Source: Lytechinus pictus
Lineage: Eukaryota
Direction of reading: 5' to 3'
Length of the DNA stretch: 64,000 nucleotides
NCBI RefSeq assembly: GCF_037042905.1
Contig: NC_087250.1
Location: 7,008,001 to 7,072,000 of the forward strand
Of this stretch, positions 15,401-26,554 are shown one piece after another. Made by a program: the position numbers and the translations under genes. How positions within the stretch are numbered: position 1 is the first letter of the stretch; each line of letters begins with the position of its first letter. Under the pieces are notes generated by a model. The model was not told where the DNA came from. It did no database searches and worked only from the letters and a program-made list of their open reading frames with translations.

Positions 15401-18400
15401 CATTTGGAAATTTACTGTACTTGTAAATCATGCAGCTTAGGAACTGCAAATTAATCCTCCTGGTATGATAGATAAAAATTTATTTATGTATCAACAATAA
15501 AACACGCAATCATCATACCCAAAGGTCAGAAACACTTGTCACTGCATAATTTGCATCATAACAACAAACTGCTTTATACCGCCATCTATTACACTGTAGA
15601 TCTATAAAGAAATTATATCTCATTAATTAATGCATAATACTTAATAGATCATTCATTCGATCAATCAAAGATGCCATCCACAGACAATTCAATCCAAAAT
15701 GCATTCATTCATTCATTCAGGCAATCATTTAAGCAAGCATGCAATTGCAAATTTGCAATCAAACTGAATTAAGTAAATTCAGGCAAGGAACACTGATATC
15801 TTAGGGAGTGATACATACAGTACGTGCAATCAAAATTAAGTTCAAGTTCAAGTTCAATTCATTTCCAAATACAATCAACAGCACTGGCGGATCCAGGGGG
15901 GGCACAGCCAGCCCGTGCCCCCCTCCTTTTTGAGAAACAAAATTTAAATTTGTAATGTAAAATGCCGTTGAAACAGAAGTGTGCCCCCCCCCCCTTTGAA
16001 AATGAAGACTTTCTTTTTTTTCTTTTTTTTTTGCTTGTTAAATTTTTCCTCGGAAATATGTACCCCCCCCCCCTTTTGAAAAATCCTGGATCCGCCCCTG
16101 GAACAGAGCAATGCAATCAAACATACAATTAAACAAACGTATGCAATCAAAAGTTAATTCATTTTAAAGTCCCAGGCACAAAACACTTGCCCCTGTACTT
16201 GCAGCTTTAGGAAGTTGCTTAGTCTTGGTTTGTACAGCAGACTGCTCCATGTCCTAACAAAGATAGTGAAGGCCATAAATGTGCAAGTTTTTGGAAACCT
16301 TGACATTTCTACATATGTAGTTATCCAAGAGTACCGTAAGTAACGGTGTATTAACCGCACCTTTTTCTCGGCGGGACAGAATCAAAAGTCGGGGGTGCGG
16401 TTTATACACGGTGACAGGTCTGAGCCAAGCCAATCTCAGCCCGATACCACTACCAGTTTTCAACTCGCGTCGGGTGGCCGAGCGTAGCCGCTTGGGGCAA
16501 TCCCGTTTAGAGGGGTATGAGCCGCGGGTATAAAAGGGAAGCAACTATGACTACCGGTATCTGCCGTAAATGTCCCTCAAAGTTATATCACGGTAACAAA
16601 CGCACCTACCTTCATGAAACTGACTTTTTTTAATGGTGTGACTCTGTCTTTGTTGTCATTTTTTAGTCATCGCGGCAAAGTTCAGACGCCAATCGATCGC
16701 ACAGCGCGGTGCAGCTAGCCGAATAAGACATGCATGTGTAATGTTTATCGCAACGTCAACGTAAGCTGGCGCTTTACCTTTCCGTGGAAGTTATTTTGTT
16801 TGACAAATTATTGGTATTATTTGACAATTAATTTCTTTCATTTGCCTTTCCTTCATTTCTCTCTATCATCCATCATCTCAAAATCAATCTTCAATCCCCA
16901 TCTTCACTCCTTCCGACTTTTTATTTTTAATTATTATTCACTTTATTCCCGCCCAGAGCTCCCATTGAAAATACGGTATACCGGTACTAGCATTTTTTTT
17001 CCTATTTTGCTGTCTGTAAGATACCGCCACACACGTACTGAGAACTACCAGTAGTGGTTCAAAGCAGACAAGAAAAACACCTGAACAAAATCGCAAATTT
17101 CTCGTATCTTGAACCTTCCCGTATTCCCTTGTCTAAAATTCATGTCAAGACATTGAATGCTAGACAGAATTCTGAAAGCAAAAGTGGGGCTGTGATGCAG
17201 GAAATATGATATGAACGATCTTCTCGTATGGGTGAGCCCCCATGTTGATGCTGGTATCGGTACTTGCAATGAACACCAGTACCATATGTGTGTGTGTGAG
17301 GTGACTCGCAGTGTGGAAGTGGCCAATAATATCGGCAACTTGCAGATAAGTGACGAAGCGCTGATTTCCCATCATTTTTTACCAGTAATTCTTCGATATT
17401 TTTTGGTTCTTGACTCTTTTTTTTTTTTTTTTTTTTTCCATCCGAAAATGGGGGGTGCGGTTAATACACCGTTACTTACGGTATGTATACTGCACTACCA
17501 GTCATAAGTCTTTAAATCACTATTGCACTATGAAAGCAGAAAACAACAGGTTCAGTGAAGATGAGTGAACCGATTCTATGTGGTTTATTTCCAATTCGTC
17601 TCATGCCAATTCTTCCCATTGCCAACTCGTATACATGTACTATCATTTGGTCCGCTCACCACATGGTCTACTTTCATTTAGTCTAATGCCATTCCGTCTA
17701 ATAACCAGTTGGTCCAAGAGCCATTTACTCCATATACCATTTGGTCTAATTTGACTAAGTGTTAAATTGTGCAAAATGAATGAAAATGAAATGGATATTA
17801 GACCAACTGGTTATGAGACGAAATGGTCATAGACGAAATGGTGATTAGACAAAGTGATGATTGGACCAACTAGTTGGTACATGTAGACGAAATGCTGATG
17901 GACGGAATGGCATTAAAATGAAAGTAGACAATGAGGTGATTGGACGAGCTGGCAGTAGACGAATTGGCAATTTACCTTCTACAGTATGTAATGGCAAGAT
18001 TAAAAGAATATCTTTGCCTCTGCAATTGTTGTGTAAGGAGTCATTGCACTGTATTCCCATTGATTTTTTGTTGCTGTGGACAGTAAAAACTATATGAATT
18101 CATTAGTTCTACACTGCACTCACTTTACAAGGCATGGGTTCAAACTTCAAAACCCACTCTTCTTCGTTGATTCTTTATCTGTTAAAACATGTATGAATTC
18201 ATAACAGTATCATACATTCTGTTGGAAATCAGGCCAATTATTAAAGGGGAATGAAACCTTTGGAACAAGTAGGCTTGTGTCAAAACAGAAAAATAAAAGA
18301 ATAAGAACAAAGAAAGTTTGAGAAAAATCGGACAAATAATGAGAAAGTTATGAGCATTTGAATATTGCAATCGCTATAAATGCCCAGATCCTCCTATTGG

Positions 18401-21400
18401 CAATGCGACAAGGATGTATGATGTCACATGTGAACAACTTTCCCTTTGATGGACTATAAAATACCCCCAAAATTTCTCTTTTTGCTTTTTCTTATGGTGA
18501 AACAAACTCTTTATCCATGATGTATTCTTTAAAAATCTGTATTGTATTACATGCCCTCCTGTTGAAAGAACACATGGATCTATCCCTTCTTTCTGGACCC
18601 TGAAACTTCATTTTCAGTTGATGTCACTTTAGATCAACTAACATAAATGTCTACAAAATATTAAAAACTCGGGCAAAACAAATATTATCATTCCATTAAT
18701 AGACCTAAACTTACAATTATTTTGTGCTGATGGATAAGACAAGGATAAAGGATCTCTGAATCATTGATATTGAACTATTTATTCCTTTGGGGTCCTTTTC
18801 TCTATTTGAAAAAAAAAATTGTATCACTCAATAAACAATCAAGACAGAATCACAATACAATGAGGCTATAAATGAATTTTTGCTTTACTCATTAAAATGC
18901 ATACATTACAAATCCATCTTAAAGGTGATACCATTTCTTTTTAAGTCGAGAAAAGGCCTCCAAAGGTATAAATCAGGTCAATATTGAGTGGTACAAAACA
19001 AAAGTTTTGGTTGATTTTGGGAATGACGATAATTGATTTGCCCGAATTTCACACTGTGTTCCGACATGCAGAAATTCCAAACATTAATTTTAGTCGATCT
19101 AGTGTGACATCAACTGAAAACAATGTTTCAGGGTCAAGAAAGAAGGGAATATTCTTCATTTTCTTGACAGTTTCCACGGCCAAGTAAATAAAACTATTTC
19201 AAAGAAATGTGGAAAACTGATGGCCATTTCACAGATGAAAAAATGTGAAATTTCATCAACTGTGGGGTATTTTTTTTCTATTATTAAATAATCCCCTCAA
19301 ACAGTTGTCAAAATAGGAAACCTTTATTCTTTTATTAATGGTCATTTGAACAGCGTTTTCACATTTTGACTCAGCCCTAGTCTTGTTTTAAAAATTCTCA
19401 ACATTATCTTATTTACAATCAGACCTCAGCAGTCAACAGGCATTCGGGATAGCAGCTTGGAATCGAAACAAAATCAAAATTTGACAAAATGCAAATTCCC
19501 TTCAGCTTCAAAATCAAATAGCCTACAGACGCACTTGCTCACTGCAACCATCCTGCCTGTGGGGAATCTACAGGTAGGACAATGGTACTGTATGCCAATG
19601 CAGTACACAGCACACGCTTTTAAAAAAATCATTAAAATATTACTTTTATGACTTTATGACAAAGAAATACTACTTTCTATACAGTTGCAATTTATTTTTC
19701 ATTGGCATTTTGGGAATAATTTTTGTATTCACCAGAACGCTCAAAAACTTAAAATTTGGGCATATTTTTGCATACGCCCTCTTTAAGTGGAAAGTAAAAT
19801 GGCAAAAAAAAATTCATTTTTCAATCTCTATTTTTAATTAAGAAAAAAATAATTCAAAGAATCTAATTCATTTAGGAGCAAAGTTATATAATGAATAGCT
19901 GTAATACTAATAATATGGAAACTGAGTGTCAAAAAATCAAGCATTTGTCCCAAAGTCCCCAAAGAAAAAGATAAAATTAGTCAAACATTGCCAACCTTAT
20001 TTTGCCACACATGGAGTAGTAACAGAGAACAAGGTTATCATATAGATCTAACCTTCATGACCTTGTTCATTGAATGAGTGTATAGACGTAGACTTCTAAA
20101 TTGATTTTACCAAAAAAAAAATGCTCATCCCTTATCCCTTTCACTTCCTGTCCTCATCGTGAAATAAGTCGCCTCTCTCTTCTCGCATGTGCCATCAGCC
20201 TCGCATTGTGTAGATCTACAAGAGTAAGGCGTAAGTCCACAACAAAGTCTAATACCCCTTTCATAAACCCATCCTCCAATTATCCGCCTAAGAGTAATGC
20301 GGATAATTCAATAAAAATTGCATTCACAAACTCCGAAAATAATCCGCACTATTTTTTACGAGCGCCCGACCTGAAAAAGGCGGATAATTGTCACCTGTAC
20401 ACATCCCCCTCCCATGGGGTTGTGTTGGAAAAGGGTGACCTTGTGACCGCACCATGGCGATTATCCGCATTACTTTGGAAATGCGTTTATTAGGGTGTCT
20501 GGAGAAAAAAAATATTTTTCTTATTTCAAGGAAATATCGCATTTTCTTTGTGAATTTGAAGAGAAAAAACCTTCAGACTGACAGAAATATAATATTTTTT
20601 GAAAAAATCCAATTATTGGCTGCAAAAAAGAAGAATGAAATTAGGTCAATTTTCAGCATTTTCCTGCCATAGACTGTGTAGTTAAGAAATGGACACACAC
20701 AAATCCTAATTTTTAGCTTCCGAGAGCTGTCATAAATTTATTATTAATGCCAAAAACTTGTCCATAAAGTGTCTAATAGGAATTTTTATGCTCTTTCCGA
20801 TGGTATGATTTTTATAAAGATTTGGAAACCAGATCACAATGAAAAATTGCGACAAAAGTTAAAAAATTTGTGCAAAACAGAAATTTCATTTTCCCATAGA
20901 AAACGTATTGGGGAAATAACAATCTCAACACACACACAAATAAGGGTTTGCAATTTATCTCTAAATCCTTATTTCAAATAATCCTATAAACTTGTCCTTA
21001 CTGTCAAAAGAAGCCCCTTAATTTTCTCTTTCCATACATGCCAAACAAAAGTTAATAATCCATTCAGATCACATTTTTTAGCAGCCTGAATTTCCCGAAA
21101 AAAGTGTGCCATATTTTCCCCAAAATCAGCCTGTTTTATGCTGACACTTTTCAGTGTGGCTTCAGACACCCTACGTTTATAAAGTCAAAATCTGGTCCCG
21201 ATGCCGCTATTATGCGGATAATTGCAGCATCGAAATAATGCGGATAACTCTGGTCCCGCTCCGATTTTACGACCAAATTATGCGGATATTATCCGCATAA
21301 TGGGGTCTATGAAAGGGGTATAATTTACAGGCCTAACGACATTAGACCCAAAGTTACCGAACGTTACAAATGTGTCACCAGCTAGCAGTAGCAGCACTGC

Positions 21401-21848
21401 AAATTAAAATTAAAAACGGCAGTGAACACGGTGAAAAATGGACTGGCGACTTATTTCATGATAATGCCCACTTCCTTTACTAAGGACAAGGAAAGTGGGA
21501 CATTAATTAAATATAAGTGTGTATTTTAAATTCCAAATGGCAAGGTCTTGATTTAGGTCAATCTTGTTCAGTTTCTCATTCAGTCCCACGCACTCAAATT
21601 CAAGCGTCACCTTCACAATGAAAGCAATTTGCCCTTGCACCTGCACAATGCGCGCACGTATTGACCGACGCATGCATGCTGAACTGTCAGATGTCCACAC
21701 TCACATCACGATCTTAATGCGATCCAACACCACAAAATATTCAGATCACCTCATTTAAAAATCTTGTAATGTTAGTTGAACTGGTAACAGGCAAAATATA
21801 CAAATACTATCAAGATTCAGGAATAAAAATGAGAATATTTACCGTCAT
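148..21848 (-). CDS. Spliced gene, about 879 aa: CryptonV-type tyrosine-recombinase-like protein with C-terminal Myb/SANT-like helical domain, probably domesticated
   Basis: Exons on minus strand: 21848-21843 (MT, least certain), 14686-14513, 13501-13298, 12367-12280, 11981-11766, 10939-9531, 4249-4150, 2781-2602, 410-148. All introns are GT-AG with matching phases; total 2640 nt is open. Motifs: KKYFCLYCEKSVSKIPRHL, KLRNLGNHRHN, PCSYCYAYYVKRDLWKH, LRELGRLL, ILFNRRRLG, RIEVIGKKGKVVPVLLT, HIATLSQILNL, GHDVRIH, KRPWTPDEK...LPGK...RTWSNVKDFIRN. Family call is from motif recall, not a search. Confidence 0.8.
1790..2095 (-). mobile_element. Decayed 3' fragment of an L2/CR1-type LINE
   Basis: Translation PVYLISLIKSYTPSRSLRSS resembles the L2/CR1 ORF2 tail; next to an (AAT)n tract. 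Confidence 0.6.
2172..2588. mobile_element. MITE (hAT-like TIR)
   Basis: 14-bp TIR CAGACCTGCCAACC / GGTTGGCAGGTCTG; no clear TSD. Confidence 0.65.
2602..2781 (-). CDS. Crypton-like gene exon (S/K/R-rich, NLS-like)
   Basis: tgtccag| acceptor, G|GTGAGT donor, phase 1 to 1, frame of ORF 2492..2815. Confidence 0.8.
2774..3430. repeat. Degenerate 65-75 bp tandem repeat derived from the acceptor region of exon 2781-2602
   Basis: Recurring ctgt(g/a)..ctctgga...atgaaatcaaccagatgaa..cattca units. Confidence 0.7.
4150..4249 (-). CDS. Crypton-like gene exon (VIKLCKVLISIENG...SLDDI)
   Basis: gtacag| acceptor, G|GTAAGA donor, phase 0 to 1; continues the family motif after MLQ. Confidence 0.85.
5788..9210. 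mobile_element. 3.4-kb non-autonomous DNA transposon (hAT-like)
   Basis: Perfect 12-bp TIR CAACGTTCTCGC; 8-bp TSD TAATGACC at 5780-5787 and 9211-9218; no transposase ORF. Confidence 0.9.
8531..8688. mobile_element. Small foldback MITE nested in the hAT-like element
   Basis: ACCTCGGTCACATTTG ... CAAATGTGACCGAGGT termini and internal inverted arms. Confidence 0.7.
9211..9551. repeat. 187-bp tandem unit containing the exon donor; a third copy lies at about 5593-5787
   Basis: gagaactcacctgcagcatagcatc occurs at about 5730, 9349 and 9521. Confidence 0.9.
9531..10939 (-). CDS. Crypton-like gene, large exon carrying the tyrosine-recombinase-like core
   Basis: Mostly within ORF 9459..10922; tttgcag| acceptor, CAG|GTGAGT donor. 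Confidence 0.9.
11036..11193. mobile_element. Palindromic MITE (related copies near 48247, 50157, 53337)
   Basis: GGGGCCCGTTTCAT ... ATGAAATGGGTCCC termini. Confidence 0.7.
11230..11535 (+). mobile_element. tRNA-derived SINE interrupted by a MITE (about 11282-11438)
   Basis: A-box-like tagcaaagtggtctaagg and B-box-like gggctcgatccc are split by a GGGGGCGTTTCAT MITE of the same family as 43380-43632. Confidence 0.6.
11766..11981 (-). CDS. Crypton-like gene exon (CxxC...H zinc-finger-like motif)
   Basis: Frame of ORF 11746..12069; cccag| acceptor, G|GTGAGT donor. Confidence 0.85.
12280..12367 (-). CDS. Crypton-like gene exon (AQANNTVKAVDENSLDDDHEAVIIPKSKN)
   Basis: gtttttag| acceptor, A|GTGAGT donor; 88 nt, phase 0 to 1 bridges both neighbours. 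Confidence 0.75.
12422..12726. mobile_element. MITE with TTAA-like flanks (Kolobok-like); relatives at 40920-41266, 48355-48598, 53447-53685
   Basis: ttaaaggt...ctttaa ends and shared internal text across four copies. Confidence 0.6.
13298..13501 (-). CDS. Crypton-like gene exon (Q-rich)
   Basis: atgtag| acceptor, CAG|GTGAGG donor; 204 nt; frame of ORF 13211..13450. Confidence 0.75.
14513..14686 (-). CDS. Crypton-like gene exon (DMEQ...IIIKEE...QQ)
   Basis: aaacag| acceptor, CAG|GTGAGA donor; 174 nt; frame of ORF 14420..14725. Confidence 0.7.
16334..17481. mobile_element. Non-autonomous Tc1/mariner (pogo-like) element, 1148 bp
   Basis: 28-bp TIR CCGTAAGTAACGGTGTATTAACCGCACC, TA on both sides. 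Confidence 0.88.
17583..17973. repeat. Foldback repeat with about 16-bp internal subrepeats; second family member at about 46246-46668
   Basis: ccatttggtc(t/c)aa and ttagaccaa arms in inverted arrangement. Confidence 0.65.
18584..19147. mobile_element. TIR element nested in an older MITE that starts at about 18242
   Basis: CCCTTCTTTCTGGACCCTGAAAC / GTTTCAGGGTCAAGAAAGAAGGG; TSD unclear. Confidence 0.7.
19533..20080 (+). repeat. About 500-bp dispersed repeat, second copy at about 39672-40170, short fragment at about 26715-26750
   Basis: Both copies start acttgctcactgcaaccatcctgcctgtgggga and stay colinear to cattgaatgagtg. Confidence 0.85.
20253..21320. mobile_element. PIF/Harbinger-like MITE with a nested insertion
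   Basis: TIR TACCCCTTTCATA / TATGAAAGGGGTA; TAA TSD. Confidence 0.8.
20491..21173. mobile_element. Nested 683-bp TIR element
   Basis: TIR TAGGGTGTCTG / CAGACACCCTA; 7-bp TSD CGTTTAT at 20484-20490 and 21174-21180. Confidence 0.82.
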
Positions 21849-21910
21849 CTACTCGTGTACGGAACAAAGCATTCGGCTGCCGTCTTCAATTATTATTTTT
21901 CTTGGTAGGT

Positions 21911-21925
21911 CTGCTGCCCTCTACG
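21911..21925 (-). promoter_or_regulatory. CTCF-like motif just upstream of the Crypton-like gene first exon
   Basis: CGTAGAGGGCAGCAG on minus strand; the same 14-mer is on plus at 39270-39283. Confidence 0.4.
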
Positions 21926-22852
21926 AAATGTTATAACGGTGTACACAAAATTGAAGATTGACAAAGAATTATAAAAGAAAAAACTATGTGAATTAAAAAT
22001 GCCCATTACAAAAATACAGCATCAACAAAATCGATTTGACAGTTAGTGACGAAAAGTGAAAAGAAAAAAGAGACTAAAAAGAGAGTCAGGAAGAAGATAA
22101 TAAAAAAGTGTATGTCGTGTAACTGTAAATTAATTCAATAGAAAAAAAATTTGCTTTTATTTCATCTTCCACAGATGCAGTGGAGTAGATGGATGGAACA
22201 TTCTTTATACGTATTTATAAGAAAGAGTAATTAAATTAAGGCATATGGATCAAATATTAGCATTGATATTAACCTGTGTGCTAAAATAATTCTTTTTGAT
22301 AAAATTTTAATCCTAATGATAATAATTATCAAATTATCATCGATCTAAAGTTGAGTGCTAAAATTATTTTTAATAATGTATTTTTAGACAACTGTCACAA
22401 AAAAGAGCGTTTGTGATTTTTAGCATAATGTTTATCCCAATAAATGGGCAAATATTTGGCCCTGCTTCCATTCTGGTCCCAAATTCACCCTCAAACTACA
22501 GGGCCCTGTAAAAAAATTATCGGGGAGACAGGGCAACTGGTGGGGGACATGGTTTGATAATCAAACTCTAAAGACATTGATATCAAAATCAATTTCCAGG
22601 TATAGGCCCTATTGTTTATCACAAAATTATAAATTTCCATCTTTTCCAAAAAGGCGTGCAGTGGCGTAAATGAGCAAAAAAAATGAGGGGGCCCGACATG
22701 ACTGAAACAGAATATCTCTAAGGCCATGAGAAAGCGAAGCGCGCTAGCAAAATTTAGAAATAATGAAATACACAGTATAAATGCTATTTATTTTGTAGTA
22801 TACAAAGTGCCAAAACACTTAAGTCTTTAATATCTCAAGCAACAAAGTTTAA

Positions 22853-23525
22853 AGTTCGAGCTCAAAGTATTTATAGCTCAATAAATATAATAAAATTCAC
22901 TGATCAAAATGCCGAAAATTTCATCAAAATCGGATAACAAATAACAAAGTTATTGAATTTTAAAGTTTAGCAATAAGTGTAAAAACAGTCGTCATGAATA
23001 ATTACTATAAGTGGGCTTATGATGTCACATCTCCACTTGTTCTTTTGTATTTTATTATATGAAATTAGGTTTATTCATATTTTTTCCTCCAAGAACTAGA
23101 AAAATTTGATTGACAACTGATTTAGTGCATTAGATATTTATTGCTGCAACTTATTTCATTGTAAGGGAGACATATCATTCACACAAGTATGAAATAATGA
23201 AAAAAATATGATTTTATCTAATAACATAAGAAAACGAAAAGTGGAGCTGCAACTTATTTCATTATAAGGGAGACATATTATTCACACAAGTATGAAATAA
23301 TGAAAAAAATATGATTTTATCTAATAACAAAAGAAAACGGAAAGTGGAGATGTGACATCATCAGCCCACCTAATGAATATTCATGACGACTGTTTTCACA
23401 AAATATTGCTAAACTTTAAACTTCAATAACTTTATTATTTGTCATCCAATTTTGGTGAAATTTTTGTCATTTTGCTCAGTGTATTCTACTCCATGTATTA
23501 AGATATAAATATTTTCAGCCCGGAC
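22853..23525. mobile_element. Foldback MITE with an internal duplication of about 100 bp
   Basis: Inverted arms (aataacaaagttattgaa / ttcaataactttattatt); 23146-23245 is repeated at 23246-23347. Confidence 0.7.
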
Positions 23526-23814
23526 TTTTGACTCTCGAATAATCTAAAAAAATCAAACATGGCTGTTTTTAGTAAAGAACGATATACAGGTTGTATATAT
23601 TTTTTAACAGTGTTTTCACAAATAATAATGTGACAGACTTTAATAGTGCATGACATGATATTCAGAAAATGATATCACGGTTCGTCGTTTTCTTGTTTCT
23701 CATATTGCTCAGTTCACTGTTAATACTCCCATACAGTTTAAGTACACCAGTGCTAAATTAGGACTTAGGCCAATAGCTATAAATCTCGGTATACTGTTAA
23801 CAAAATTAGTCTTA

Positions 23815-24248
23815 AGCCCCCATCACACTTATTCGGAATCAGCAGGAATCAAGTAGAAGCTGGAACGAAAAAATAATTCAAAAAATCAAGAATTTGGGGG
23901 GAGGAACTTATGAATACACCAAACTGGAGTTGAAATTCAGTAAATTGACCAGGTGAATCATCATACACTAGTCAAAATGAACCGCAATGGAGTCAGATTG
24001 ATATTTCATGCTACATGAATCTTGGACATTCAAGGCGCATTCTAAATACTCTGACTGCATTCTGAGTGCATTCGAAATATTTTTGTCATTTCTTTTGGCC
24101 GTCCCGAAGGTTTTGGTCATGTTCAAAACATTCGAGGGGTATTTTCGAATGGTGTTCGAAGTAGATTTAAATGACCAACTGGTGGTCGAACAATAGTTCT
24201 TTCATTCTGGCCAATTCTGCTTGATTCGGAATAAGTGTGATGGGGGCT
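23815..24248. mobile_element. PIF/Harbinger-like MITE
   Basis: TIR AGCCCCCATCACACTTATTC; TTA TSD. Confidence 0.85.
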
Positions 24249-26414
24249 TTAGATAATTTGTTCCACTCTCAATTTTATTCTTTATATCGTAATTCAATTA
24301 AAAAATCCGACTAGCATCTTAATAAAGTTTTTTTTTTATGTAACTCCCTGAAACATCTAACTTTGGATTTTTTAATAGTCCAGTGGGGCCTGTTTTCTGA
24401 ACATTTATTCCGTTTTAAAAACAAAATTGAGCAACATGCATACTATTTCATGGCCCCTGTAGCACCCCCAAGATTTTCCTGGGGGTGTATGTATTATTCT
24501 CCATAGGCAGCACCCCCCAGGATTTTGGTATGTGTGACGAAATGGAGAAATGAAACGAAAATGATTTTCATTTTGTAGCGAAACCTCTTTTTTTTTTTTT
24601 TTTTTTTTTGGGGGGGGGGGGCTTGTAAAATGATTGACATTATAGCACCCCCTGTAAAACAATAATGTTCCCAAAGCATTGTACACTACTTTACTCCAAT
24701 ATTTAAACAAAATTTTCTAAAAATCAACAACAATGATAAACTTTTTATATTTTATACAGCATGTAGGCTATTCAGTAAACCAAAATCGTTTTGACTGTGG
24801 GATGGAGGCAAATAAATAATTGGCACAGAAATAAAGAAAAATCACCCTCTCCGTGAAATGCGGAACTTCCTGGTATTTATTTGAAAGAAGAAAAAAAAGT
24901 TTTGTACCCTTATTGATTTGTGTTTCCATGTTCGACTATGGCAACACTCGCTGCATACATGGCCATACTTTTTTAATTCATTTATTTTATAACGATGAGG
25001 AAAGACAATAAAGTAAGTTTATATAGAAAGCAAAATTTATGTTGGCTTATATTCAGTCAGAGATTGGGGAGAGATCGAATTATTAAAGAAAAATCTTAAG
25101 CTTTATTTTCACATTTTCTTTGTTTACTTTCAATTTCTTTTCCACCTCTCCCCCCTCCATTAATTTGAGGCGCCCCCGGGGCCGCTTTGCTATACTAGTT
25201 AGCCGATCATTACAACTCACTCGGTGCCTTTTCAAATATCTTTAAACTCATTAAAATCGGATCATGAGAAAGTTATGACATTTTTTTTAGTTTTGCTTAT
25301 TTTCACAAAACAGTTTTATGCATGAGCACAATCAATCAATAACTGAGCAAGATGATGTCACATAAAGGGTCTACTCACTATTTCTTTTGTATTTATTTCG
25401 TTTTACTTTACATAAAACTTTTGATTTTTGGAGATATGAAAATATCGAAATTCTTCGAGTCTCACAAGCTGCTATTGCTTCAAGCACCTCGATATGTGCT
25501 TAATCTTACTTATGATAGCTGGCCCCTGTATTTTACCGAACTCACTACTGTATATCACATCTTATGCATGGTTTAATTATCAGTCTTTTCTGTATTATTT
25601 ACAATGTATCTCTTCAATTGTCACATTTAAATTGTATTCATTTATATATGTTTGGTATTATGTGAACATGTTAATATATCATTGATTTATGAATAAAATG
25701 CAGAAACTCCTGCAAAAAACAAACAAACAAACAAAAAACCAATGCAAGTGTCACATCATTTCAGCCGGGCATTTCAGGGGGGGGGGGGATTTTTTTTTTT
25801 TACATTATATGAGGAAAAAATCCAACAATCCATAGGCCTAAAAAATGTAATAAAAATAGTGAGAGTCGGATCAGTTTCCTTAGTTATAGTATCCAAGACG
25901 TGCATAGGCCCATACATATTTTGTGAAAGTAAGCGAAATTTAATAATATCATAGCTTTCTCATTTTACTTCCGATTAGATGAAAAAAATTTCACTATTAT
26001 GTTTTTTTTTTACCTAGTTTATTCAAATCGACCTCCATTTCAGTAAGATAAGAGTGAGATTTTCGATGAGATACTAATTTTAATCGAAGAGATATGATGA
26101 ATTAATAGTCCCGCCAGTAGTATAGTAGTCAGTTACGTATTATTTTGGTTTTTTTTTAAGAAAATCACTGGACTAGAAACAATACAACAAGTTCAAGAAT
26201 GTGAATAACGAATAAAATTATATTACGAAAATAAAATGAGAATAGCCCTGTGGTGAGTCCAGGGGTGGGGTGCACAATGGACGTCTATATTCTTACAAAA
26301 TTCATTTCTTTTTAATTGTCACCTTTTTCAATAAAAAGATCATAACTTTTTTCTTACTAGGCATTATCAATGTTATTTCGAGCGCCACCATGGTCGATAA
26401 GCTGCTTATTCAAA

Positions 26415-26554
26415 ATGGCGACGCCCACAGCCCACCGGAAGCCGTCAATCTTGTCCATTATCAAAGGCGTTTCTGCCTTTGTAATGTACAGATTTCCATT
26501 TCTTTCTGCATTAGCACTAGCAATGCTTTGTTCTGAAAGGGAGCAAGAGCACAG
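26415..26554 (+). CDS. TMEM101: TMEM101 exon 1
   Basis: caaaATGGCG start, MATPTAHRKP..., AG|gtatgt donor. Confidence 0.85.
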
